64,000 bases of DNA from Parasitella parasitica NRRL 2501 (Eukaryota > Fungi > Mucoromycota), in the NCBI GenBank assembly GCA_025201805.1, contig MU619263.1, forward strand, positions 133,715 through 197,714. Direction: 5' to 3'. Positions 28,929-39,761 of this stretch are shown piece by piece. The notes under the pieces were generated by a model. It did no database searches, was not told the origin of the DNA, and worked only from the letters and a program-made list of their open reading frames with translations. The position numbers and the translations under genes are program-made. How positions within the stretch are numbered: the stretch's first letter is position 1; every line of letters begins with the position of its first letter.

Positions 28929-29160
28929 CAAACAAATGGGATACAGATGCGATCTCTTAATAAGGCAACAAGGCCCCACCAATGAAATAAATATGGAATA
29001 TTGCGCTTCGGAAGTTGGAATGAAGAACAAGAAATTGGAGTAAATTCCATTCATGCAAGTAGAGTCCTCTAAAAAACAATGATATGGAGAGAATCCGATA
29101 TCGCAGGCTATAATATATGGTTAAAGATGAATTCATAAGTAAGTCAGAACTTCTAGGATT

Positions 29161-29415
29161 ATTCTAGAATTCCAATCACTCAAAGTTATTTTAGATGATA
29201 TTGCAAACGGAATCAGGGAAGACACACCTAAATTCCAACAATACGTTAATAACCTCAAGTCAAATGGATACGAAGTAATTGGTTACGTAAGAACGTCGTA
29301 TGGAAATGAAGATAAGGACACAAGAATCAGATTACTTCAATCTATGATGGATAAGGTGGTCAAGGACACAGAGAAAGACATAGATTGTCATCTGATTGGT
29401 AATCACTATAAATAA
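29161..29415 (+). pseudogene. Serine recombinase/resolvase-like catalytic-domain fragment
   Basis: An ATG-less frame absent from the ORF track reads ...NLKSNGYEVIGYVRTSYGNEDKDTRIRLLQSMMDKV. It matches the resolvase GY-x-R-x-S motif with the catalytic Ser. Confidence 0.55.
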
Positions 29416-29636
29416 CTCATTTGGGTTGTTAATTCATATAAAAAGAAGCAATATTTTGCAGCAGTGAGTTTTAGTTCTTTCTAATTAATTTTACTCTTAA
29501 ATTTTTTGAGCTCTTTACATCTTTTATTCAACATGTAAAAGCTTTTATACAGTACTCTTGTAATCAATTCGAAAAGTTTAGAAATAAAGAACCCATCTGA
29601 TCATAAGAATTCTCGTCGCTTTACCTAGCATTATAC

Positions 29637-29780
29637 CCACAATTTAATTTCACAGAAAACTGCAAATTGAATTCACAAAAACCGCAATTTGAATTTTGAA
29701 AAACCCGCAAATTGAGTTGTGAAAAAGCCGCACTTTGAATATTTATTTCCCGCACTTTACTTTTTTTAAACCCGCAATTT
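29637..29780 (+). repeat. Seven phased 9-bp motifs (consensus CCGCAATTT) running into the right TIR
   Basis: Cores start at 29637, 29660, 29682, 29705, 29728, 29750 and 29772. Spacings are 23, 22, 23, 23, 22 and 22 bp. Confidence 0.9.
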
Positions 29781-31249
29781 GATGCTGCGTTCACTGTGAA
29801 TAGCAAGCTCATCTATACTGGTTTGGCCTGTTATATCTCCTTCTATCTGGAGTACCATGCGCGCGGAAGATTAGCTTGAGGTTGGGAAGTCTCTGAATTC
29901 CCACATTATTAGTTTGCTGCTCATCTGCTATCTCATCGGCAATTAGGGACATGTACTGTTAATGCTTTACAAATAGATTTATCTCATGCATCAATATCAA
30001 CGTATTGCTCGAAATATGGCTCGCGTGAGCATGACGATTGTCCAGCTCAATATCAGCATTATAAATGTAAATCTGAGAGAAGGTTGGGCGTTCTGCAGCC
30101 GCAGGTAAGCCACTGCCCATTAAGTGGTACGCACTTCCGTGCAATTTAAAGTTGTATACACCACTACCTCGAGTTTCTTGTTCTCTCGAGATCTCTTGCA
30201 GTCTGATTTATTTATTTTTCTCAACTCCCTTTAAAGCAAAACTCAATACACTGTTATATGACCTTATGTTGTTCCTGAACTCTCTACATTCGCTTGTTGA
30301 TCCTGTTAGTAAAATAGCAACTAAAGGTGGTGTTGGTTTAAGAGGTTTAAGTTAGAAAGAGTTGTTTGCACAGCAAAGTTGAAGTCTAGGGTTAGTATTA
30401 GATGATGTTTTGATTCTCTCTACCGTCCGCATCATGGCTCCGCAGCTAGTACAATCCACGCTCATATGGCCACAGCCATCTTTCTTAGTGGGCAATCATA
30501 CGGGATCTTTTGCAATATTTCGTGTGGCAAAATCGTTTGTTACTCTTGGACGTCGTGTTGATTTCGTTGGGTTAGCGGAACCTGTTGTGCTTTCAAACGG
30601 ATTTAGATCATTTCTTGGGTTACTAGGGCAAGAATTGTGCGTACTTATTGAATGCCCTAATTACTGACATGAGGCACATCTACGGTAGTTGCACTGGCTT
30701 GGGGTGTGTGGGTTATGTCACTTTCTTTAACAGATGGAGCGTCCGCATTTGTATCATTTGTAGGGGCTACCACTTTTTTTTTTGGATTGTTAGGACATGA
30801 ATTATGTGATTTTCTCGAATGACCTAATATATGGCATGAAGCACAGCGCTTGGTTCGCCGGTGGCTAGGACCTGCTATGTTTTGATCTGAATCAGAGGAG
30901 GGACGCTTTGGCATATTACAATTTATTATAACACGGTAATTTCTAAAAATTTGATCAAATCATTAGGACCTTTCATTTTAAGATTTATTATTTGCCGTTA
31001 TCTAAAAGATTGAGGTTACATTCGGCAAAATGTAAAAAAGTATAGATTAATTAACTGCATGAAATCAATTGCGATAACTTCTTATCGGTTAAATGATTTT
31101 CTTTTACTGAGATGATGTGTGAATCCTGGTTGTATGCAAGTTACTTTGGACGTAACCGTAGCAGATATAGTATTAGACAGTGCACAAGATTTTACTTTGA
31201 AAAGAAGAGTACATAAATCAGTATTTAAATTGACGTGTCCATACCGTGC

Positions 31250-31677
31250 TTTGCATATTTACGAATGCCCTTAAAGGTGTAAATTGTGACAAATAGAGTA
31301 ATGAGATAATGCGATGGCGAGGGGTCCTCGTGCAAAAACATGATTGCCATATTCCAAGTAAAGTTAGGTTTGGCTATCACCGATGGTTGATTGGATATGA
31401 GCTAGTTACCCCATGAATTTTATTCAGACGCCTTTTTTGTTTTTTTGCGGTATCTGTAGAACGGTAAGAAGCGTTTGGGATGGCCTCAACCCGGAGAAGT
31501 CAAAAAATCTAATGACGGCATGTTATTAAGGTCACCCAGCCAGCCATTACATGCACCAGAAAGGTAGGAAAGGTCGGCCTTCAATCCCAGATGTAATAGG
31601 TGCTTGTTTACAACTTTGTAAAAGCAGCGATTCAAACAAATCTGGGGAATTAGGTTTTCAAAAACCGAAGATAACAT
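31250..31677 (-). mobile_element. Possible highly decayed non-LTR retrotransposon (post-RT region) relic
   Basis: Broken frames read SSVFENLIPQI...LNNMPSL...LRPSQTLLTVL, loosely like the post-RT region of Mucorales LINE ORFs. The match is weak. Confidence 0.25.
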
Positions 31678-32517
31678 ATGCTGTGTGTCTTCAGTTTATA
31701 CGTCAAAAATAAAGTTTTAATTGTGTAGAGTATAATCTTAATTAAGAGGCTTATGAAGTGTGGGGAACGCGTCTTTTAAAAAGAATGCTTGCCGCGGAGA
31801 GCCTTTACATATTTAATAATCATGTACTGGAATAATATGATATGCAATGCTTGAAATGCTCATGCAGTTACACACAATCTGACGATTCAAGATCCATCAG
31901 GGTCGACCTGAATCAAGTGTATACTGAATATAACCGAAGCGTTTGCCTTCTCGAAAACAAATAATACAACACTATATTACACGCTTAATGTATTGGTTAC
32001 ATCTTGCAGCGAAATGTCCATATAGAAAAGCAAGAAATACGAGAATGGGTATAACCTATTTATTTAAAAAGGTAATTTGTATTTGATCTACTGCTGGTAA
32101 ATCTGGGACTTATATTGGCTTTAAAAGAATGTATGAGGCGTAGCAATTGGCCCAAGAAGTTTGTAACACATTTATCTAAGGCTATATTTGAGGTTTTTGT
32201 GCAAGAGTATTACCAACAAGCCTTTTTTATTTTTCAAATGCATGGCAATATAACACATACATACTGCAATAAGGAAAATTGTCCCTCATTATTAGAGGGA
32301 AACAAGGGCGATTAAGTTTTTGTTTCACTACCGATCCCGTTGAAGTTATTGGTTCCAGGACATATTTTTCTCACGAAAGAGTAACACAGCAATTGAGCAG
32401 TAGTATTTCATTTCATTGGGTGGGTGGTTCTCCACCATTGTAGACACATTTCAAATATAAATAGGACATGGTTAAACGACTCAGAATTTTTTTTGCAATT
32501 CTACCAAAATACACAAG

Positions 32518-33846
32518 ATGGATCCCAAGTACGATGAAAAGGCTAAATCCCGTCCTCCTTCCATAGTTAATGAGAAATTTGAAGAGGATGAATATATCTC
32601 TGAAGTGCAAGTCGAACATGTGTCTCAAGCAACGGCTTCATTTGGCAAAGCTTTATTCATGTTACTGAAGGCTTTCATTGGCACAGGTGTTCTTTTCTTG
32701 CCCGGATCCTTTGTCAGCGGTGGTTTAGCTCTCTCTATCGTTCTTATGGCCGTCATTGCCTTTCTTTGCCTCATTGCCTTTCAGTTGTTGGTCCAAGCTC
32801 AACAAAAGGTTGGTGGTGATTATGGTGCTGTTGCTGAAAGTCTTTATGGCCCTTACTTGAGACATTTGATTCAATTCTTTTTGTGTGTTTCTCAAATGGG
32901 TTTTGTAGCTTCTTATATGATCTTTATTTCTGAAAATATCGGCATTGTCGTCGACACCATCAATAATTGTGTTGCCCCCTTTGACTCCAAATATTACATC
33001 TGGATTATCCTTGTTGCTATTATTCCATTCTGTTGGGTCAGAAAAATCGCAAAGCTGTCTTATCTCGCCATCGTCGCTGATATTTTTATTGCTTTTGGCT
33101 TGATCTGTGTCCTCTACTTTTGCTCGAGCCAAATCGCTACGCATGGTCCCGGCAAACACATCATCATGGTCAATCGAAGTGATTTTGGCTTGATGCTTGG
33201 CACTGCCGTCTTTAGTTTTGAAGGAATTGGAATGGTACTGCCCATCGTTGAGAGTATGAAGGAGCCCAAGAAATTCCCTGCTGTTCTGACGCTTGGTTTG
33301 ATCATCTGTCTTGTCATTTTCACGCTGATTGGTACTATAGGTTACGTTGCCTATGGCGATGCCACTCAAGCTAGTGTTGTTTCTAACATTCCCAGAATTC
33401 CTTTATCTACCACTGTTCAATTGCTCTATGCTATTGCTATGATTTTAACCTCTCCATTCATGCTTGTCCCTCCTTTGCAGATCATCGAAAAGTATGTTTT
33501 CGGTACTCGTTCTGGCGAAAAGTGTCTCAAGATCAAATGGGGAAAGAATTTTGTGCGTTCCCTGATTCCTGTCGTTTGCGCTGCTGTTAGTTTTGGTGTT
33601 GGAGCCCAAAATTTGAGCAAGTTTGTCTCCCTTGTTGGTTCTGTTGCTTGCATGCCTCTTTGTTTCATCTTCCCTGGGCTTTTTCATTATAAAACCTCGT
33701 CAAATCGCAAACTCCAAGTCGTCGATATCTTTTTGATTATTTGGGGTGTTGGTATCACTGTGTACACAATGTACATCACTATAAATTCTTGGATTCATCC
33801 TTCCATTGGTGGTGTTACCTTGGCTGCACAATGTGCTCCTTTGTAA
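32518..33846 (+). CDS. Aa_trans (AVT3/AVT4-like) amino-acid transporter, intronless
   Basis: LLKAFIGTGVLFLP, GTAVFSFEGIGMVLPI, FVSLVGSVACMPL, and about 11 hydrophobic segments. Confidence 0.93.
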   Translation: MDPKYDEKAKSRPPSIVNEKFEEDEYISEVQVEHVSQATASFGKALFMLLKAFIGTGVLFLPGSFVSGGLALSIVLMAVIAFLCLIAFQLLVQAQQKVGGDYGAVAESLYGPYLRHLIQFFLCVSQMGFVASYMIFISENIGIVVDTINNCVAPFDSKYYIWIILVAIIPFCWVRKIAKLSYLAIVADIFIAFGLICVLYFCSSQIATHGPGKHIIMVNRSDFGLMLGTAVFSFEGIGMVLPIVESMKEPKKFPAVLTLGLIICLVIFTLIGTIGYVAYGDATQASVVSNIPRIPLSTTVQLLYAIAMILTSPFMLVPPLQIIEKYVFGTRSGEKCLKIKWGKNFVRSLIPVVCAAVSFGVGAQNLSKFVSLVGSVACMPLCFIFPGLFHYKTSSNRKLQVVDIFLIIWGVGITVYTMYITINSWIHPSIGGVTLAAQCAPL

Positions 33847-34399
33847 AAACAAAAAACAAAAAAACAATTGCAAATATTTCTCAAAACACTGTATATAATC
33901 AAATTTCAAGATTCCTAATATTTTTTAACCATTTATGTATCTAATAAAAACACTCGCTTTATATATTAAAATTTTTTGCAAATTCTGGATTAAAACTTTA
34001 TCAAGTTTTGTAAAATTAAAGAAAGTGCACGTTTATCCATACAAATCGTTATGAAACAAATGGAAGTAGACGATCTTGAATGCTTTCCAAATCTGTGACA
34101 GAATTAAGCGTGTATCACAAATATAGATCGCCTATCAAATAAACTATCAAAAAGTACCAGTTTACTGTAGTAAATTTTTTTGGATTAGCATTTATGGGTT
34201 ACGACTGGTGCATTCATAGACTGAAGTTTGACCTAGCAAAAGTTTTGAAATTGGTGCAATTCAAGAACTTGACGGTCTACTACGTTGCACAACACTCTTC
34301 AAAAATGAATAATCTTGTGCATGATGAATACCAAAAGAACCTTTTACAACAGCAGAGGCATGACGGTTACAATAGTCAAGATGAAGATAGAGAAAGAGA

Positions 34400-34760
34400 T
34401 GTATCTTATTGGAGCTATTCAATTATGAACAACGCCTCCATCGACATAAACAAAGATACAAGAATTTTTATAGAAGACTGTAGATAATGTCCTCCCCTTT
34501 ATTATCCATTAGAGTTTAGTCCCATCGGTCAGTTTTGGTCTGTTTGGGGCTCTTAAAAGAAGAAGCACTTTGATTGAAAATTTCCAATGCTTGTAACCAA
34601 GTTTTCTCGGTAATCTTGAAGTTTTCTGTAAACGTTTCATCGATAGATTTGATGATTATTTGCAGGAAAAGCCTCTTTAGAATTAAAAACTAGTTTATTA
34701 ATGCGACAAATTTCATTCCATTAGTACGTAATTTGCAGCACGTTTTTTTCAGGTAGTGTA
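34400..34760 (+). mobile_element. Tc1/IS630 (DDE_3) transposase C-terminal relic
   Basis: Decayed YSIMNNASI (compare MDNA-x-H) and PPLYYPLEFSPIGQFWSV (compare LPPYSPELNPIEQFWS), broken by stops and frameshifts. Ends in ...caggtagtgTA. Confidence 0.65.
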
Positions 34761-35052
34761 GCAATTTTTTCCCACTAGTGCGCCAATATTAAGCGAAATA
34801 TTTCATAATTTCTTCTATTGTATTATCCGTTCTGAGGCATACTCCTTGTTATGATGTTATGAATTTTGCTGCTGATGCAGCAGGACATAATTTTATACTC
34901 CGCCAAATTTTTGAAACACAGTACCAATAGAAAAAGGTATTTTAGGTTTTTAAACGTCAGCTATGAAATATTTGTTTTTTCCTCTTCTATCCGAACTTTT
35001 TTTTTTTTTAGTTTATTCCACAGAAATAACTATTGAATAATTCTGCATTTAC

Positions 35053-36009
35053 ATGCTCCAAACACCCAGCCTCAGAAATAACTTCCATATGCTGTCGACT
35101 CCACGCCCAGCTTCTTCCAGTTCCAGAACCAATAGAGTCTTTCTGGAGCTGCAAGAAAATTTAGAAAGTCTTCAAAAAGATTTGGAAAACACAAAGGGAC
35201 AGGTAAATTTATTCAGCTCTTTAAAAGAAATCCAAAGGGGAGATGTGATTTTGGGAGGCTTCAGTGGAAAGGGGTTTATCGACGTAGTTAGGAGATCATG
35301 CTAATATTGATATATTGCACGTTATCAGCTTCGCACTACTAGAGATAATAAGGAACATTTTGAAAAAGAGAATGAGGAATATATAGAATCCAACAAGAAA
35401 CTTAGGTCGGATATTCAAGAAGTGATGCAGATATTAGAATCAAAGCAAGAATTGCTGGATTCTACCAAGCAGACGTATGTTTGTACGGAAAACAAAGTTA
35501 AACAGCTGAAAGACGAGGCGATGGAAGCTAGAAAGGAGTTGGATGAGCTGAAACGGAGAGAACTCACGATTGAGAAGGAATGTCGTACAATTCGATCACA
35601 AATGGAAAAGCAACTGCAGCACCAAAAAACAGTTGAACAAAGGGTTGCACAATCACAGGCTGAGTTCGATAAAGAAATCCAAGCTTTAAAGTTAGAATTA
35701 ACCTCTATTCAGCAAAATATTGAAGTTATAAAGGCTAAAGACATAGCTAAAGAGGTGCAAGACATTATAAAAAGACAAACCCAAGAGAGGGAACTATGGA
35801 TAAAGGATTTTGAAAGAATACAAAAGGAAATAGAGGCAAATAGTCAGGAGTTTCTCCAAGAAATCAAGCAAGAGTTGGTGGATTTGATGAAACATTTACC
35901 AACTGATAGCGATCCAATTTTGGAGACTGAAGCTGCTCATTGTAAAGATGATGCTCAAAGCTTGATTGCTCGCATTAAACTAAATGCTGCAGTTGCAATA
36001 AACGAGTGA
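35053..36009 (+). CDS. Coiled-coil protein of unknown function (2 exons)
   Basis: Intron ~35202-35328 joins ORF 35053 to the frame of ORF 35422. The sequence is heptad-rich in E/K/Q/L. Confidence 0.75.
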
Positions 36010-36239
36010 AATTTTTGAGCTGATTATGTTGTTTAATTAGTTATAAAAAAATATGCATTTTTGTATAGATGAAACCAAATCATTCCTATTACAGAAAAAA
36101 GATGCATTTCGTACGATAATGCAGGTACCCGGTGACTGAAAATCTTTTTTTTTTTCCTTTTTTTTTTTCGCTTGTTTCTCAAAATAATTCCTTACTGTCC
36201 GGGTGTATCTTTCTTCTTCAATCAATTGAATTATATAAT

Positions 36240-37041
36240 ATGGGTTTAGCTGGACAAAAAGAAAAACAACGTATAAGCCAAGATCCAAACAACTTATTCT
36301 GGAGTAAAGATGAATCAAAGTTTGGATTTAGAATGCTTCAAAAGATGGGCTGGGCTCCTGGAAAAGGCTTAGGTGTGAAGGAGGATGGTAAAAAAGAACA
36401 TGTCAAGATCAAGCTCAAGGATAATACTTTGGGTGTGGGCGCAACAAAGAAAAATATCGATAATTGGCTTGGAAATACAGATGCATTCTCAAGGTTATTA
36501 GCAGATCTTAATTCTCAACCCACTTCAGAAGCTAGCAGCGTCAATGTATCCGATGCTGAAGAATCCACATCAGTTGTAGATCAACATGGAAATAATACAA
36601 AGGAGAAGAAAAAGAAGAGCAAAAAGGATAAGAAGAGTAAGAAAGAAAAAAAAGAAAAGAAGAGTAAAAAAAGATCGAGAGATGATAATGATAATGACGG
36701 TGAAGATGGAGATGAAAAGAAGAGCAAAAAGAGTAAGAAGGAGAAGAAAGAAAAGAAAGAGAAGAAGGATAAAAAGAGTAAAGACAGCAAAAAAGAAGAA
36801 AAAGTAGCTCCCGTTGCACTGCGTAATGCGTGAGTAGTAGTCATAGTAAACAACATATGAACGATAATTAACTTACATCTGTTTCATCAGTGCTCGTGCA
36901 AAATTTTTGCGTGCAAAGAGAATGGCATCCAGCAGTGGAGATCAAACTCGCTTGAACGAAATTTTGGGAATCAAGGCACCAAGTGGATATAAAACTGTTG
37001 AAACCACATCGACAACATTTATGGCATCTTTCTCTGTGTAG
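36240..37041 (+). CDS. PXR1: G-patch protein Pxr1/Gno1/PinX1
   Basis: MGLAG...DPNNLFWSKDESKFGFRMLQKMGWAPGKGLG...KDNTLGVGA, a KKE/D tail, and a final exon ARAKFLRAKRMA after intron 36830-36890. Confidence 0.92.
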
Positions 37042-37433
37042 TTTACCCTTTTCTTTTCTTGATTTTCCCCAATATATCTATGAATTGACTATTTCATAAT
37101 TGTGCTTGATAAGATTTTACCTTTTTTGTTCTCATGTCATAACGCTGTAATTGTTTTTCAAGAGACGTAAGATAAGCATACTATCGTTGAAGGAAAATCC
37201 TGATTTAAGTTTATCTCTGGATTGTCGTTTTACATTTGCAAATTTCTGGCACCAGAACCATTACATTTTGTATATAATTTAGGGGGGGGGATCTCTATTT
37301 TACACTTGGAGACAGTAACATTTGCTAGAAGCTTATTTGTGCTTTTATAAGGCGTTTTGCCATTATTTTATTATGAGTCAAAAATGTATTGGTATGCTTA
37401 CTATATATATTACAATTGTACAGCAAATGAAGG

Positions 37434-38533
37434 CTATGACGATTTGATGTTGGATACCATTAAATCCAAGACTTCCTGCACTTCACACTCTTCAAACATA
37501 GGTCCCGTCCTTGAACATTTCGCTCTTTTTCTCAATTCATTGCATAGTTCGTCTGTATTAAATTGATCAATCATTGGATGCATTGCAATTCTTTGCCAAG
37601 CCTCTGAACAAGAAATCAAATCAACAGAAGTACTAGTATTCGATGCAGAGTCTATTGTTGGCAAGAAATTTTCGTTCAAAAATTGCTCCAGCTCATTAAA
37701 TACATCTGTTCTGTTTTGTTCCTTGGTGGCGGATGTAACAATAGGCACTGGATGACTGGCCACAGTCTCATTCAAGTAACCTTGCGCGTCAAATAATGGC
37801 TCAGTCAGTAGTTGGGCGTAGGCATTGGAGCAAACTTCTTCCTTTAACCTCTCACAGAAACTAACGCCATCCTTATCACGAATGCATGCAACCGCAGATG
37901 AAGCTACTCTAGGTGTTGTTGCAACAGGAGATGTATTAGGCGAAGAATTGGTGGAAATTACAGGTGACCGGGTGTCTGATTGGCATGCAAGTGTAGGCTG
38001 TGGTGGTATAACGCCATTGCTACTCGCGGTACCTTTAGACTTGTAAAACTCATTTTGCATATCTTTCAATGCTGCTTTCAGGTCTGAATTCTCTTTTTCC
38101 AGCCGAGATACCTGTAAGGCATGTGCTGTCTCTATTTCTTTGATTTTATCCTCAAGTTCTTTTACATATCGTTCCTTTCTCTCTCTAAAAGCCCGTTGTG
38201 CTGCTCTGTTTTGTTCTTTTCGTCGTTTGCGCTGCTCTGTAGCCAAAGAAGCTGACTTGTTAGAGCCTTGGGAACTTCCGCTGTCTCTTCTCTCTGTATA
38301 AACAATACATGAGCCAAGCCATTAATGGAAAAAAAAAGGTTGTTCAACGTACGCATTTTATTCATCAGTAATCTGGAGTGCTCAGCATCGTCGAGATTAT
38401 CTTCAAATCTCCGTTTTTCTGTATCAAAGGCTTCTGGACGAGGTAGAATCTTGGGCGGCGCAGAAGAAGGTGCAATTGCTCGAAATGTAGCAAGCTGGGA
38501 TGGTTTTTGCTTGAGCTGTTGATGCTGTGCCAT
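37434..38533 (-). CDS. Yap1/Pap1-like AP-1 bZIP transcription factor with C-terminal cysteine-rich domain
   Basis: bZIP RKEQNRAAQRAFRERKE, then SFCERLKEEVC, then the c-CRD LISCSEAWQRI...DELCNELRKRAKCS. Intron 38294-38352 joins in frame. Confidence 0.88.
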
Positions 38534-39761
38534 TTTTTTTTTTCTATTTAAAAAAAATTGAGACGAAAAAAGCTCTTTAAAAAAAATATATTATAGCTAA
38601 GCAGGATTGCCACAGTCGGAAGACGTCTCATTTTTTTCCACTTCATTAAACGACACAGCTAATTGGGATTTCTTGATTTCATAAATGATTTGAGTTTACA
38701 ATCTTTTGACGACTACAAACTTTCAAGCAATGTGAAATTTTGCTTTTCTTCACAAAACAGCAACTTTTCAATGCCAATCAACAAGTGAAAAATGTCTAAT
38801 CATGCTACCCATGGCTTCATCATTTAAAATATTCCTAATGTTAAGCTCTACGAGCTGTTGACTTCCCCATAAAGGTTTCCATACCACTAAACAGTTGGTT
38901 ACAATTGTATATTCGGTTGATTGCAAATGGAAAGCTTATTGATCTGAAATTTGTAAAACCCACACTCGCATATGTAACCACTTTCATATGATGCTAACTT
39001 TTTGAATCTTTGAGCAATGCAAACATGGTCAATTTTAATGAGCATGCGTTTCAAGTTAAATCCATATTTTCATTTTCCGACTTTATTATGCTCAAAATGC
39101 ACGTAAGATTGCCTTTTTGGGAATTAAATAGACAAGATATCAATTTTTAATTCAAAATTACGTTTTTTAAAGTTGCAAATTACTCCATGCTTTTATTGAT
39201 AAAAATCACTTGAAAAACTATACCGTTGGATGCTTCATCACTTTGTATTATTTTGCAACGCACGCTTGCTTAATAAATTTTAAAGATATGAGTGGGGAAG
39301 GCTTCAAAGGAGCTCAAAATCACATACAACAGCTGAATACATAACATTCGGCAACATCGCTAATGAACATCCAACTGATCAAGTCTTTGGAAATAAATCA
39401 CAAATGTAGCTGCTTCTCATCAAATCAATGCTAGACACCACCACGCTGCTCTCAGATTATAATAATGACATGCTCCCCTGTCTTCTTTCCCCCTTAATCT
39501 TTGATTAATCAGAGAGAAATAAGTTGCAATTGCGCGCGAAAAATTGGCCGGTATGGGCATGGGCATGGGCATGTATTAATTTTGACATAGAGCAGGCATC
39601 TACTACATATAAAACAGTTTACTTAATTTTGTTTATGGCACAAGTAAATGTAAGCAAAGGAGTGATTTGCGTTTGCGGGGGAGGGAGGTAGGAGGGGACG
39701 TAACAAGTACAACGCATAGTGATTTTTTTTTATGTAGTTTTGATCTATAAATGCATATATT

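Larger units (their letters stand above)
27899..29796. mobile_element. TIR DNA element (perfect 20-bp TIR CAGTGAACGCAGCATCAAAT) nested in the Helitron
   Basis: 27899-27918 is the exact reverse complement of 29777-29796. The left flank is TA and the right flank is TG. Confidence 0.85.
27130..30914 (-). mobile_element. Degenerate, internally deleted Helitron (Rep/PIF1 helicase relic)
   Basis: PIF1 C-terminus (PPHLLKL, LLRN, RHQFPIRLAFAMSVNKAQGQTL, GQLYVALSRV) at 27183-27890. Rep N-terminal region (HGSAYHLMGS, TFSQIYIY, RRYN) at 29800-30560. Zn-knuckle CASCHILGH at 30657-30914. A GC-rich hairpin-like stretch followed by CTCG|T near 27130 resembles the Helitron hairpin+CTRR end. Confidence 0.85.

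Noticed and set aside
29637-29780. Phased repeat array as a mini-CRISPR
   Set aside because: Cores are only 9 bp with 13-14 bp low-complexity spacers, and the array runs into a TIR. It fits transposon subterminal repeats better.
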